Source: Phoronis australis
Taxonomy: Eukaryota; Animalia; Phoronida
Reading direction: 5' to 3'
Assembly: GCA_002633005.1 (NCBI GenBank)
Contig: NMRA01000159.1
Coordinates: forward strand, 577,520 to 641,519
Length of the DNA: 64,000 nt
Within the stretch, counting starts at the first letter, position 1. Every line of letters begins with the position of its first letter. The notes beneath the pieces are model-generated. The model had not been told where the DNA came from. It saw nothing but the letters and a program-made list of their open reading frames with translations, and did not search any database. Below, one piece after another: positions 1-12,300 of the stretch. The position numbers and the translations under genes were made by a program.

Positions 1-729
1 GTTGTGGTCACGTGCTGACCCATTTTTCCTGTTTGATCAGTGCACTCCCATAATAAACAACTTAACTGACGGTCACGTAGACAAGGACTACCAGCAGTTC
101 CGAATTTCAGTTCAAAATTATTTCGAGATAACAGAATGTACTCCTGGTCTGAAGGGTCAAAAAGCATAAAAATGTATAATCAATCATGAAATCGGGTTCA
201 ACTATTCAGTTGCCATGCACTGTGACGAGAGTACTCGAAAGACGGGGATCTCGATAACCCGGCAATTACACTCACCAAAATATAAAGATTTTATCAACTT
301 TTCGCGGTTGATGGGAATTCTTCAAAATCCCGAGAGCTTACAACCTGAAGCGCATTGAGAGTGTTGGCAAAACCAATGTCACATTCCTCTGACCTGGTTA
401 TTTCGAATGCATCTTTTATATAGTGCACTGTAGTCGATAACTCAGTGCGGCAGAGATTGTGGCTGAAAGTGGAGGTGTAGACGCCAGCGCGGTTCCTAAA
501 GTTTGCGAACATGAGAAGAAAAGAAAGTGACAAAGTGTTCAAGTATTACATTTTGAAGTTAATCGATGACACGTTACAATAATTTGTTACTGGTATCATA
601 ATTCACATTGCTAAACCGCGGTCTCTGAGGCCGTCGTTGTACTCAATGTTATCATCGATCTTAATCTAAAAGGTCGGGGATTCGCGTTTCCTATTAGCAC
701 AGGGCGGTAATCACCAATCGTCAAAAGTA

Positions 730-890
730 GGGGATGGGCGCTTAACCGAGAGGTGGGCGCTTAATTGGAAATCTTCAAAAATAGCACGGGGGGGCGGTTA
801 ACCGAGCAGTGGGCGGTTAAATCGAAAATCCACCTAAAGTAGGGGTGGGCGGTTAACTGAGCATGGGCGTTAATCCGAACGATTACGGTA
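730..890. mobile_element. Terminus of a Tc1/pogo-like non-autonomous DNA transposon
   Basis: Subterminal repeats GGGCG(C/G)TTAA ending in ...GATTACGGTA; a similar degenerate end lies at about 16880-16962. Confidence 0.45.
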
Positions 891-1042
891 GTTCCCTGGA
901 AGCTGCAAGTGATCTGTGCAGCTATGAATCATAAAGCATTTTTAAGTAGCTATAATGTAAACAATGCGCACATAACTAGTCCCTACTCAGATGAGGATAC
1001 AGGGTCAGCATTATGTAATATTACAAGGCAATTTTTTCAAAA

Positions 1043-1530
1043 GGCCCTTTCATATTGACTTGACTCCGGTCTGAGCTGAGCGGCGACGTAAACAGCATAG
1101 TTAACTGGACCTTTCATACTAGCTTTGGTAGTTAATGAACATCGAAGCAAGCGGTTGGTGCCGCTGTCGTCATCTAAGTTATCGCAAGGTAGCGTTGCAC
1201 GATAAGATTTTTTTCAATGTTTCAATTTGGGAACATTTACATATGCTAAGTGAAATTAAACTTATATTTAAATTAATTGGTTACTCTTAGAGCAAAACAT
1301 AACCAGCTATTAGTGACGACACTACCTTGTAACTGTTGACGATAACAGTGGCACCTGGCGATAACTTCGATTGGACCGAAGTTAAGCGTCCATACTGCAC
1401 CGCAGCTATTAAATCCACCTGTTAACTGCGATGTTAACTGGAGCTGTTAACTGCTATCCAGGACCGGAGTACCGTAAGCGTTCATACTGACTGCAACTCC
1501 TCAAACCGTCGACGTTAATACGAAAGGCCC
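1043..1530. mobile_element. MITE, PIF/Harbinger-like
   Basis: Imperfect TIRs GGCCCTTTCATATT / AATACGAAAGGCCC; TAA on the right flank; internal GTTAACTG repeats. Confidence 0.5.
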
Positions 1531-2268
1531 TAACTAAAGTTAAAAAGCATTGAATTTTGGGACAAACAAGGTAAGTTACAAGAACAGTCAAGGTATACTG
1601 AACGCGACTTCTCGGGACCCAGTGACAGTCTATATGTATATTGACCATGACTTCCCCAGCGGAACCCAGAACAGAGTCTAGGTACATTTATTAATCAAGG
1701 TACATTTATTGACCCTGGTTTCTGGGAGCTCAGAACAGACAGTCTAGTTACATTAGCCCTGACTTCACGGGGCCCTGATGCAGACATAATTCAGGTATTT
1801 GTGCCACTTCACTCTACTAGTCAACTTATTACTCTCTAATAGCTCAGAAATGGAGTTGGTAGCAATGATATACATAAGTGAACATAAATTACCAACATCA
1901 CTTCTCTTTACATGCATTAGTGGTAAAATAACCCTCATCAAATAAGATACGAGATAATTTTGAAAATTCAGTGTTAGCCACAAGATTTTGTGTTCCACTC
2001 TCACTAAAGTCTACGCTTTGGTAGTCACAACGGAGTGTCAGACAATGCCATCTGTTGTAGAAAAGCAACCCAAACCTCGTAGCTACTGCCCAGGCCAAAA
2101 TTAACCAGTCAAACTAACTCATAATTCCCCATTAATATGGCTGAGCGCAAGCGAAATTCAAGATAATAGCAACTAGAAAGACGCGTTATAAGAAAACTGT
2201 ATTATTTTGTCCCATTTCTTACAGCGAGTATTGTATATAGTGGATAACGTGTTTCCGTATCAACTTAC

Positions 2269-2397
2269 CCTGAGATGAGCAGCAGCGATAGTAGTACAAG
2301 GGAATAGACGAACTTCTGGTACTCCAAGGTCATCCAATGGCGATGACACCAGCCAGCGTAGTACATGTAGATGTCGGCGCCAAACATGCGGCATTGA
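2269..2397 (-). CDS. Putative orphan exon encoding a hydrophobic signal-peptide/TM-like segment (alternative MEGF8 exon or exon of a nested gene)
   Basis: Open frame (S)QCRMFGADIYMYYAGWCHRHWMTLEYQKFVYSLVLLSLLLISG, strong donor GG|GTAAGT at 2268, pyrimidine tract plus AAG acceptor at 2398; 129 nt, phases 2-2. Confidence 0.5.
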
Positions 2398-4444
2398 CTT
2401 ATCAGGGAGAGGAAGACGACAGAAATGGCCAGCAAATTTAAGTCAGTCGCATGTCAAGGGAATGTTTCATGTGTTCAGTTATGAACAGCTGAAAAGAATG
2501 CGCGAAGCACCAAGTCTCAGTCAGGTACTAATTCATTACCTGGACAGAACGGCTAAAAAATCATCCAGACTCATTCATCGCAAGCCAAGCAGAAATAAAA
2601 TCCAGAAGTCTATCTACATAAATGTCCTGAAGTCGATTCAAAATGAGCTGAATGACGTCCCTCATATGAGAGAATGCCACGTGCACCCTCAGTTGATATG
2701 AACTGGACAGGCTGATGGCTATTATGATCCTACCTCTGGTTAAGGCAGAACAGCAAGACAACCTTGTATACTACAGACACTGAAAATTCCTCGCTTGAGT
2801 GTCTTGAAATTGGACCCTTCCTGCCTTTAGCCTTGCAGAGCTGTATGTTCCTAGCAGATAGGTGAAGACTACAACAGACCAGCCAGCTGTGAAGGAATCA
2901 TGACCGGGAAGTTAAGCCAAGAAGGAGTGTACATTCACAGTAAGACCAGACCTGGCTAAAGTCAACTTTAGAGAATTAATTAACCATGTCAAATGGTTTC
3001 CAGCATTCAGACCAATATTCACTCAAGAGTTCAGACTCTGCATTCTAATTGACTGGAAGCTAAATTAACCACAGAATCCAAAGCTGGCAAATTCACCCAT
3101 ATTGATATTTAAATATCTCAACTTCAGTAGCCAAATATGTCAATATTGCCGGCAAAGTAGATGTCAAAGAGTTGCATTGATCTGTGCAATTGCACCTTCA
3201 TGTTCAGGTTAAAAGAGATTGATGCACCTTCCAGGAAAATGTCAACAACAGAGGCTATTATGAAAACATGCGAAATATCACTCTGCTTCCCTCAAGTTGG
3301 AACATTCCAGGAGATAGTCCACAAACTAACAAGCAGTAAGAAAATTTGCTTCAACAAATGACTATTGTTACCCTTGTTCAGAGATTCAAGCTAACTACAG
3401 CAAATGTATTGTTTAACCACATAGATTCAGTTCCAGGATGTATCCTCTTTAACACACTCATCTAACGGCTGCTTTCAAACTACGGTAGATCTTCTTGGAA
3501 GGCCTACAGGACCGCACGGCCAACAGAGGTCGCTCCTGTGGACACACACCTAGGTGAACACTGTACACCAACTACAAAACTGATCAGTTTTTCAACCAGT
3601 CATAGTGCAAGATTCTTCCCTCATAACAAGAACATGTCGAACTGCACCTTAATGTTATCTCTCTGTGAAATGTCAGATGTCTACGCAACACAGCACTACC
3701 AAGCATAGTACAGACTTCTGACTGAATTACCAAACATTCAGTTCACATATACAAAACCACAAAGGTATGGCTGAACTGAACTGGCCGGTAATGGGTAACG
3801 CTGTATCAGAGATTGCACAAAAGTCCAAGTTAAGTCATAAAATAATGTTACTTGGTCCAACGTCCGCATGACCATTGTGAAATCTCAGGTCAACTAACGG
3901 CTCAAAACATTAAGCGTACTTAGGTTTAACAACAAAGCCACTTTAACCATATTTCACTTTAATCATATTTGACACGGTGAGAATTTTATGGCAGCTACAA
4001 TGTATGAAGCTACACATTAGTCATAACAGCATTTCTTTCTGTTTAACTGTCCAAATAGAAACGAATTAAACCAAACTGAGGCTACTTTACCACTACAAAA
4101 TGGTCTCAAAACGTTCTTCGCCAGAACAGAAATTCATTGACAACTGCCACTATGGAAAGCATCCAAATCTTCTAACAGTCACAAAAGCATTTCCATCAGG
4201 AAGTCATTGGGCTGACTGTCCTTTCCAAAATTAACAGTTTCAATTCCACAACAGTCCTATCCCAACCCTGCTGGATGTTGAAACAGATGTGCAATTTTTC
4301 AGGTTAACTTTAACGTTTCAAATAACATTTTCTTACGTTTAAGCAACGAGTAGAACATGACCTAACAATATTGCAAAGCTTTAAATATGTTACAACCAGG
4401 ATCCAAAGCAAGCACCGCAGATTTGTTTACCTTTATTTATGGAC

Positions 4445-4530
4445 AGCAGCACAGACCTCATCTGCGTAACAGCACAGACCTCACATGTGCAACAGTACAG
4501 ACCTCACCTGTGCAACAGTACAGACCTCAG
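4445..4530. repeat. Tandem repeat of about 22-23 bp (ACAGTACAGACCTCAC...)
   Basis: About 4 visible copies. Confidence 0.7.
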
Positions 4531-7500
4531 CAAGGATTGCCAATTTTCACCACCCAAAATCAACCCTCACGAAATCAAATGAGTTACAGTAATCAATTAC
4601 CATGAAATACCACTCAAATGTCAACAACTGAATACTAAAAGAAATTGTCAAACTGAAAACCAGTGTGACTACACTAGTGTGCGTCTGTCTACATCTGCCG
4701 AGAATACAACTAACAAGTAGCCAAGATATTTTCCTCAATTAGATTTCTTATCAACAGAAACTCCACTTTCATGAAAGGAAGTCGAAGATAAATGAGATTA
4801 TAACTGCCCAAGTCTGCTAAGATTAGTGTCAACACACTTAAAACTTGTGTACACTAAAAATGGATGACTATAAAATAACTAAAAAAACACTGCCTACAGT
4901 AGTGTTAAAAAACAAATTCTACAGTAGTGTTGAAAAAGCTGACTATAGTTTTTCTAATTGAAAATACCCAAAAGTTTGAAGCTAATATAACTATTTTTTT
5001 CAAATAATATCTTTCCTGGATTTCTCAATAATAACGAAAATTGACTTTTATCGCCTAATGCGACCTGGCAAAATGCCCGGGTCCCCAAAAGGGAAAGAAG
5101 GATGTCGAAACAAGAAAACTTTGAACAGGGGGAGGGGTGTCTAGAATGAATGCTTGGTTGGCAATAGCCGGAAATGAAATAATGCAAAATATCCACAGAC
5201 TTAAAGAACTATTCTCTGTTGGTATCCATGGCAATGATCTTGAGCATGAAAAAGTATAAATTTGCTGCAGTCTATCTTAAATGGTAAAAGAAGATAAAAT
5301 AAATTCCATTTCTTCTCCACATTGTCTCCCACATTGGCGACATTTAACCACACCCCTGCCATTGGAGAAACAAGTTGGCGATGGATTTTGTAGCTAGATT
5401 TCAACTTCCCAAAATTTTAATACGATATATTTCAGGCAGCGACTTCTCAACCTTAAAAATTTCCAGTTTCTAGCATGTGTTAATTTCCATTGCTAACCCC
5501 TTTAGCACAAGGATGCGATCTCATACAACATTACAAGAGCTGGAGACATGACAGACAATGTAACCACAAAGATAAGAATAAAGTATCAGATAGCAAACAT
5601 CACTAGTAATCCTTGGAGATAAAGAAGTGATTTATTTCGAAACTAATGTGATCACCAGGATGAAACAAAGCCATCGCTCCTGCATGAGAGAACACCTGAG
5701 TCACTCTGGAGCAAATACAACCAATAACCACTGGTTCTCAAAATGTGGGACACCTGTAAGTGACTAATACTGGTGAGGCAGATTAACTGACAATGAAAGA
5801 TAAAGTCCTGGGTAAACACTACCCCAGAAACAGGAAGTTATTATTTGGATTCAATGCTCAGATGCAGATCACAGCCCTGAGTTGGTTAACCAAGGCGACA
5901 TGTTGACTTTTTAATCTTTTATGAAAAAAATACGAGTTGGAGTTAGGGAATCATTTTAAATCAGTTTGCAGTTCCACAGAAGCGCATTTGTAAAATACAT
6001 GTGGCAGTTAGGAGGACATCTCATGGATTGGTAAAGTCACTAAGGCTTTCACAAGCCTGGTAACCCTTTATCAGAGGAATGACAGTGACGTTAAGGAATA
6101 GCTCATTTCCAAAGGCATGTTCATGGTTTCATTTGATAACTACGAGTACACAAGGTGAAACAAAACGCGCTGGTCATAACCTGCCGTAGCCATTTTAGCT
6201 GGTAACATGATAAGCGGTCATGACAGGAGAAACATTATTTTTTTCTTACTTACAATTACTTTTTTCAAGTAGTGTAAGCAATTATCATGGTGTTGGTTAT
6301 TCAGTTTGGGAATCAATATGACAGACATGTGAAATTTCATTTTGCCGAAATTTCTCAACAAAAATAATCTCAGGAAAATTTACATTGCTTTTAAAATGGT
6401 TTGTATGACGTGGCTAATACCAAGCAATATTGGTAAAATTTTGAGCATTTGCAACAATGTGGCAAGCCTCTGAAAAATAGAAACATGGTTATTTATCATT
6501 TGTGTCCCAAATTGAAGAATTTTTACAGTGCATAGAACTGAGATGGGGATGTAGGAAATGACATCATGTCGATGCATCCACAAAGACGGAGATTTTAAGA
6601 AATATCAAAGCTTGTCACATGTCAGTTTAACCAAAAATCAAAATAATATCACGACGTATGCTTATTTTCACACTTTGAAAATGTTACAGAGACACATTTT
6701 GAGTAAAAATCTATAGTTTAGTAGATGCTTGTGTAAATGCACAGACTTGTTGAGGGGGGGGTTCTCCCACATGGAGACTGGGAAAGATGAGTTGAACTGC
6801 TGAACTACGAAATAAAAATTCTTAATTTAAGATATACTAATTTTGTATCAAAAACCAAATACACAATATGGAATTTTAAGAAAATGACATGATTAGTTTT
6901 TCAATGTTGAAAGTTAGCCATTCTTTATGGAAATGAGCCGACTCACTGAAGTACCTATAACAGAGTGGTAATTAATGTACCCCCAGCCAACTCAAATGGC
7001 CAATAATAACCATTAATTACACAACTTAAATGAAAAGAGCTCATAAATAGAACATTGCCAAAGTGTTGGCGTGTTTGCATAACAACATGGCCAGAATGGC
7101 AACCAGTACATTAAAACTAGTAAAGTTATGTTAATGAGAGGATATTCAAAACTTTACTTCATATTGCTATTGGTTACAACATGACCTAATTCGGCTTTCT
7201 ACACTCAGTCCCATTACCACCGCAAATTACTTTGTTGATACAATGTCTATTCATTCCATCCATACAGAATTAGTTTGACCAGACAAAGGAGTACTAAAGA
7301 GAAAGGTTGAGCATCTATTGCCAAAACACGCCCTGAACACCATTCCACTATCCTTGGTCCATGTCCTTAAACATAACTCCACTACAAAGATCAAACTGGT
7401 GTTTCTGCATTTATGTTGGTTTCACGGCCCCTCTCCCGACATAACAAAGTGTTCATATGCCACTTACAGGAATAACGCCAATAGTTTTCTTTCCCAATTG

Positions 7501-7829
7501 CAACATCTGAGATTGGCCAACGCCACATACAGCAACCGCACTTCGCCAAATTTATAGCGATCACTTTGAAACAGTGAACTTTTAGAAAAAGGTGAATTTT
7601 CACATTTCTTAAAAGATGAACTTGTAACTGTTGTAACGTTAAGGAACCCCAATCGAGAATTTTGGCTGGCTACAAATTCGCTATTAATTCAATTGTTTCA
7701 ATCTCATGAACATCACCCCCATGTTTAGGTTAATCATAGGATCAGACACATTAGTGTGGAGATCATGTCTGCCGCCAAGGGAGTGTGACAGATGAGCTAC
7801 ACATGATTCACAAGAAAGACATTCATTAG

Positions 7830-9140
7830 CAAATACAATGCTCACATCAATCACATTGTATCAATACAACACACAACCAATCACGACTCCTCTGCTGTAT
7901 CAATTCAACACTCACATAACCAATCAAAGCCTCACATGTTGTATCAATGCAATACTCATATAACAAATTGAAATCTCGTGTTTATATCGATACAAAACAC
8001 AACCAATCGAAGTTTCCTGTGCTGTATCAATGTAATACTAGCATAACCAATCAAAGCCTCACGCGTTGTATCAGTACAATACTCATAGATAACAAATCAA
8101 AACCTTATGTGTTGTATCAATACAACACACAACCAGTCAAAGTCTCCTGTGCTGTATCAATACAATGCTTGCATAACCAATCAATGTGAAAATGAATGGA
8201 TACAACTTCTTAGGCAACTTAGAACTAAAACGTTCGCTGCAGTCTGGACGGTAAAGTTATTAACATATTATGCACGAAAGATTCTCGTTAAGTTCTATAG
8301 AGTCATAACAGACAGAAGTATTATTCAACTCACGGTCACTGGTTGGAGTCAGAGTTACACACGTTGTCGAGTTCTAATTGCCAGAGAATAGAGCAGTGCC
8401 AATACATAATGTATAGTCATGCAACCTCGTTACAAGACACCCATTTGTCAACCACATGTTCGTATATCGTGTTAGTACTACTGTATGTAATAGTACTATA
8501 CAATCACTAGCCAACGCTACATTCATGCATTCGTATCAGAACAACTAGTTCCTGGAGTGGCAATCAATAGCATTAATACATAACACCCACAAGCAAATTC
8601 CATACTTAGACATCACATCAACACAACTATTTATTGGGCTCCAATCGATTGTATTAACACAATATAGCCACTAGCCAATTTCATGTTTACACATTGTATT
8701 AAAACAACACACTGACCAATCAATTTCATGTTTACACATTGTATTAAAACAATACACTGACCAGTCAATTTCATGCTCATATAACCTATCAATACAACTT
8801 CTTACTTGGGTTCCAACACCTTATACACCAACAAGCCAACTCCACCTTCAATGACTGCATCAAAACAATACATACAAACACCACACTCATTCACCGTCTC
8901 CATACAACACATACGCTAGCTAATCACATACTCATACACTGCAACTTTCTCTGACTCTCTTGTATTTTAACAATACATGCTAACTCATAGTTCACGTATT
9001 GTATCAATACAATATCCACCGGCCATTGTACAGTTCACATCTGACCTCAATACAATACATCCACTGACCAATTTCACGATCAAACAGTGCATCCATACAG
9101 CTACTTAATAGTTGGACTGAAACTCAATGTATTAGTATGC
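7830..9140. repeat. Degenerate minisatellite of about 42 bp (TGTATCAATACAAC...ACCAATCA)
   Basis: Clear copies at 7857-8185; more diverged copies at 8390-9140. Confidence 0.7.
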
Positions 9141-9185
9141 CATATATAGACTCCAAATACAAACATCACACCAACAGTAACTTAC

Positions 9186-9366
9186 CTAGGCTGCGATCTC
9201 TTGTATCCTGCTTTGCACACACAGTCAAATGCTTCCAAAGTGTCTTTACAATCTTCGTTGGCGTGACACGTGTGGTGTCCGTTCAGACACTCGTTCTCTG
9301 CCGGACACGTCACAAATGACCATGACGGTGCACCAGTGGCCGTCGAAGTGAGGTTGGCCACGGAGG
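9186..9366 (-). CDS. MEGF8: MEGF8 exon 28 (EGF; last canonical exon visible)
   Basis: [19 protein letters not shown]...FDCVCKAGY; donor GTAAG at 9185; ends phase 2. Confidence 0.92.
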
Positions 9367-12300
9367 CTGAAACAGAGAGAGCCACCTATCAGCTAAAGCT
9401 GCTACACAGAAAGCTTTGAAAGTGACGTTGCCACCGGACGACTAGCCATGCCTCTTACTGACCAGAGTAATCTGCTAAAATAAAACGTTGGTTGAAATTT
9501 TTGAGGATGAAATCATTGACTTCCCAAAAAAGTGAACATTCAAAACGCCAAGGCCTAATATTTCAAATATAATAACCGTAGGTCCATTAGCTTCCAAGAA
9601 GAAATTTTGACAATGACAATTTTTGTTACCAAAATGTGAGTTGTTCTATTCCATTCAAAATGTTAGGAAATTTTTCATCCAACTTTGAAAAGAGTCATTG
9701 CCCCATTTAAGTCTCCACGAGTTTTCCGCACTGGAAAACAGTTTTCTTATTATTTTCCAGGTCTTTGTGACAAATAGGAGTCACATGACTCTAGCTCCTG
9801 TTGTTCTTACCTGGCAGCGCTTCATCAGTCAATGATATCTCTGCGACACTACACACTCCCTTTGTCGGCCCAGTCAGTCCTCCGTCCATGCACACGCCGA
9901 CACCGTTAAGTCCACCGAAGGCACACCAGCCACATCCCTGGTTAGCCAGGCAATGCTTGCACTGTGTGTGCACACTGCATCGTGGGGGGCACCGGCGGGC
10001 ATGGTCTTGCACAATGTAACCGCAGTCGCCACCAGAGCAACGAAGAGGAAGGTATGCCGGCGCCATACACTAGAGGGGGAAATGTTGGAATGAAACACAA
10101 GTTTAGGACAAATCACTGTTAAAAGCCCTTCAGAGTTATATTTAGGAAGACCAGATGGTTTCATTCTTCAGTAGCAGGACACAGCAGGCAACACAGGAAA
10201 ATATTTAAAGACAGTTATTCTAAATTTGATCTGCATCGGTGGATGAATGACAGTTTATGTACTTTCCACAAGTGTCTACACAAATACAAAAGACAAACAA
10301 AAGAGCAATCAGTTATTGAAGACCATATCAAATGCGGAATTCAAAAAATCTTGTAGGCTAAAAACACTTGACGTTAATGGTGCCAAACACAGAATGACAC
10401 AAATGGGGATTTTCACTCCAGTAAACAATAGGGTTTCCCAACACATTTGCTATGCTCCCCCGAACATTAAAAAGTGTTTAAGCAGTTTTGGGATCGATCA
10501 TACAAATAATAGTAAAAGGCTCGCTTTCAAGAAAAATTAAGTTATACTCAAAAAAATAGAGATTGAAGTCTTTCTTATGAACAGGTCCCAGTTAGTGACA
10601 AGTAGGGTCATTACAACTGACCCACAAGTGCCGGTGATTACCTCGCCAACAGCAACGCTCCACACACATTTTTGGCTACCACCCTCGATGCCCGGTGATG
10701 CAAGACACGTGCTACAGGAAGTATATTTGAAACAACGCGGCAGACAGACATCTGGTGGGACTGATGCTATCTTGATGGATGTCAGATTGAGGATGTTGGC
10801 AGCCAGACAGTTCCAGTTGTAGACAGGGTCACGGCTCAAAGTTCGGATAATCTCCTCTGCAATGAATCAAGGTGGAATACAGTTATCCAGAATACAGTTA
10901 TCCAGAATACAGTTATCCAGAATACAGTTATCCAGAGCGTATTCTCAGATTCACACATGCACCGCCAAATAGCATTAAACGTGGTCTTACATAATGAAAG
11001 GTCCTTTAAGTTATCAGATGCATGCTGCAAACATGCAGCAAGCTTGCAGAAAGAAACCTTGTAAGAAGCACACTGGCTGCAATGTCTGGAAAAGTTTGCA
11101 GCAAACTGGAACTGAACTGCATTCATTCCCACAACATTTCTGCAAATTTACCAGAGGACATAAGAGTCTTTCAAAAAGGTTGCCTATTCTGTGTTCCCTG
11201 GTGACTCGGTTTTTTCACATTTTTAGACATAGCCAATGTTCTTTCATTGAGCATTTACAGTAAATGCACAAATGGGAGGGGGTAATTTTGGTAATTTTCG
11301 ATTATTTTAGGCTCATACTAGCCTTACTGAGCGAATGCCGCTTTTGTATTCCATTGCAAACACTGAATTTGGTCCACTCACTTGTCCGCTCAGCGTTCCT
11401 CGTCCAGATGCAACTCCCCAGGTGGACACACTTGGTACAGTCGCTGGCAACACACCGACGCTCCCAACAGATGTCAGCCTCTGTGAACTCCAGTGGTTGG
11501 CGGGTCGCGCAGGCATCGCACGGTTCGTTGGCGGTGACGCACGATCGGTACGAATCCTGGTTACAGTTGGAACACCACTTGCAGACCTGAAGAAACGAGT
11601 GATAGGGGAGATAACACCATAAGACGAGCTTGATAAATTAGGACACGAGGAAAGAACCATTGGGGAAAGCAATATCATAAAATCACATGACGCTCTACAG
11701 GACAACAATGACATGTATATAAAGCTAAAAAATATAATATTAAGACAGTAAAACAGCATAATGTGAAATAGTCTTAACCAAGGACAACATAGTCAATTCC
11801 TGTTACTATGGCAACAATTCCTGTTTAATAACTGTCTACATCATGATGAAACCAACAACAGCAATATAGACAAAGTACAAACTAATGAAATGATGCAAGA
11901 TAAAGTTACAGGGGAAGGTATGATGATTCAAAACAGATGGCCTAGATGACCCATTGCGAGTGAAATCCTTTATCTGTCATCGCATAGAAATGAGCTTTAT
12001 AATTTGCAATTTAGAAAGTAAATGGGAAGTGAATGTCCCCATCAGTCATGAAGCAATTCACCAAACCTGATTGATCTTGCCAAACACGGGCCATTCACCA
12101 AGGCACTCAGCGCAAGTTTTGTGTTGACTACAGTCTCGACTCTGGATGCGGGAAGAGCTACACTCTCCAGCCTTGGTCACCCTAAGGACGGTCGTGTTTG
12201 TGGAGTTCTGACAGCTAAAAGGAACACTGGATTAGTTACTGGATTAGTTAATGTGCAGTGATGCGTAACTGTCTCTGTCATGCATTTAAGGCATCTGTCT

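Noticed and set aside
294-542. 82-aa minus-strand ORF as the next MEGF8 exon
   Set aside because: Lacks the expected Cys-rich EGF pattern and lies next to a transposon-like terminus
7830-9140. Regularly spaced repeats that might suggest a CRISPR array
   Set aside because: Eukaryotic intron; units are degenerate along their whole length with no unique spacers and no cas genes
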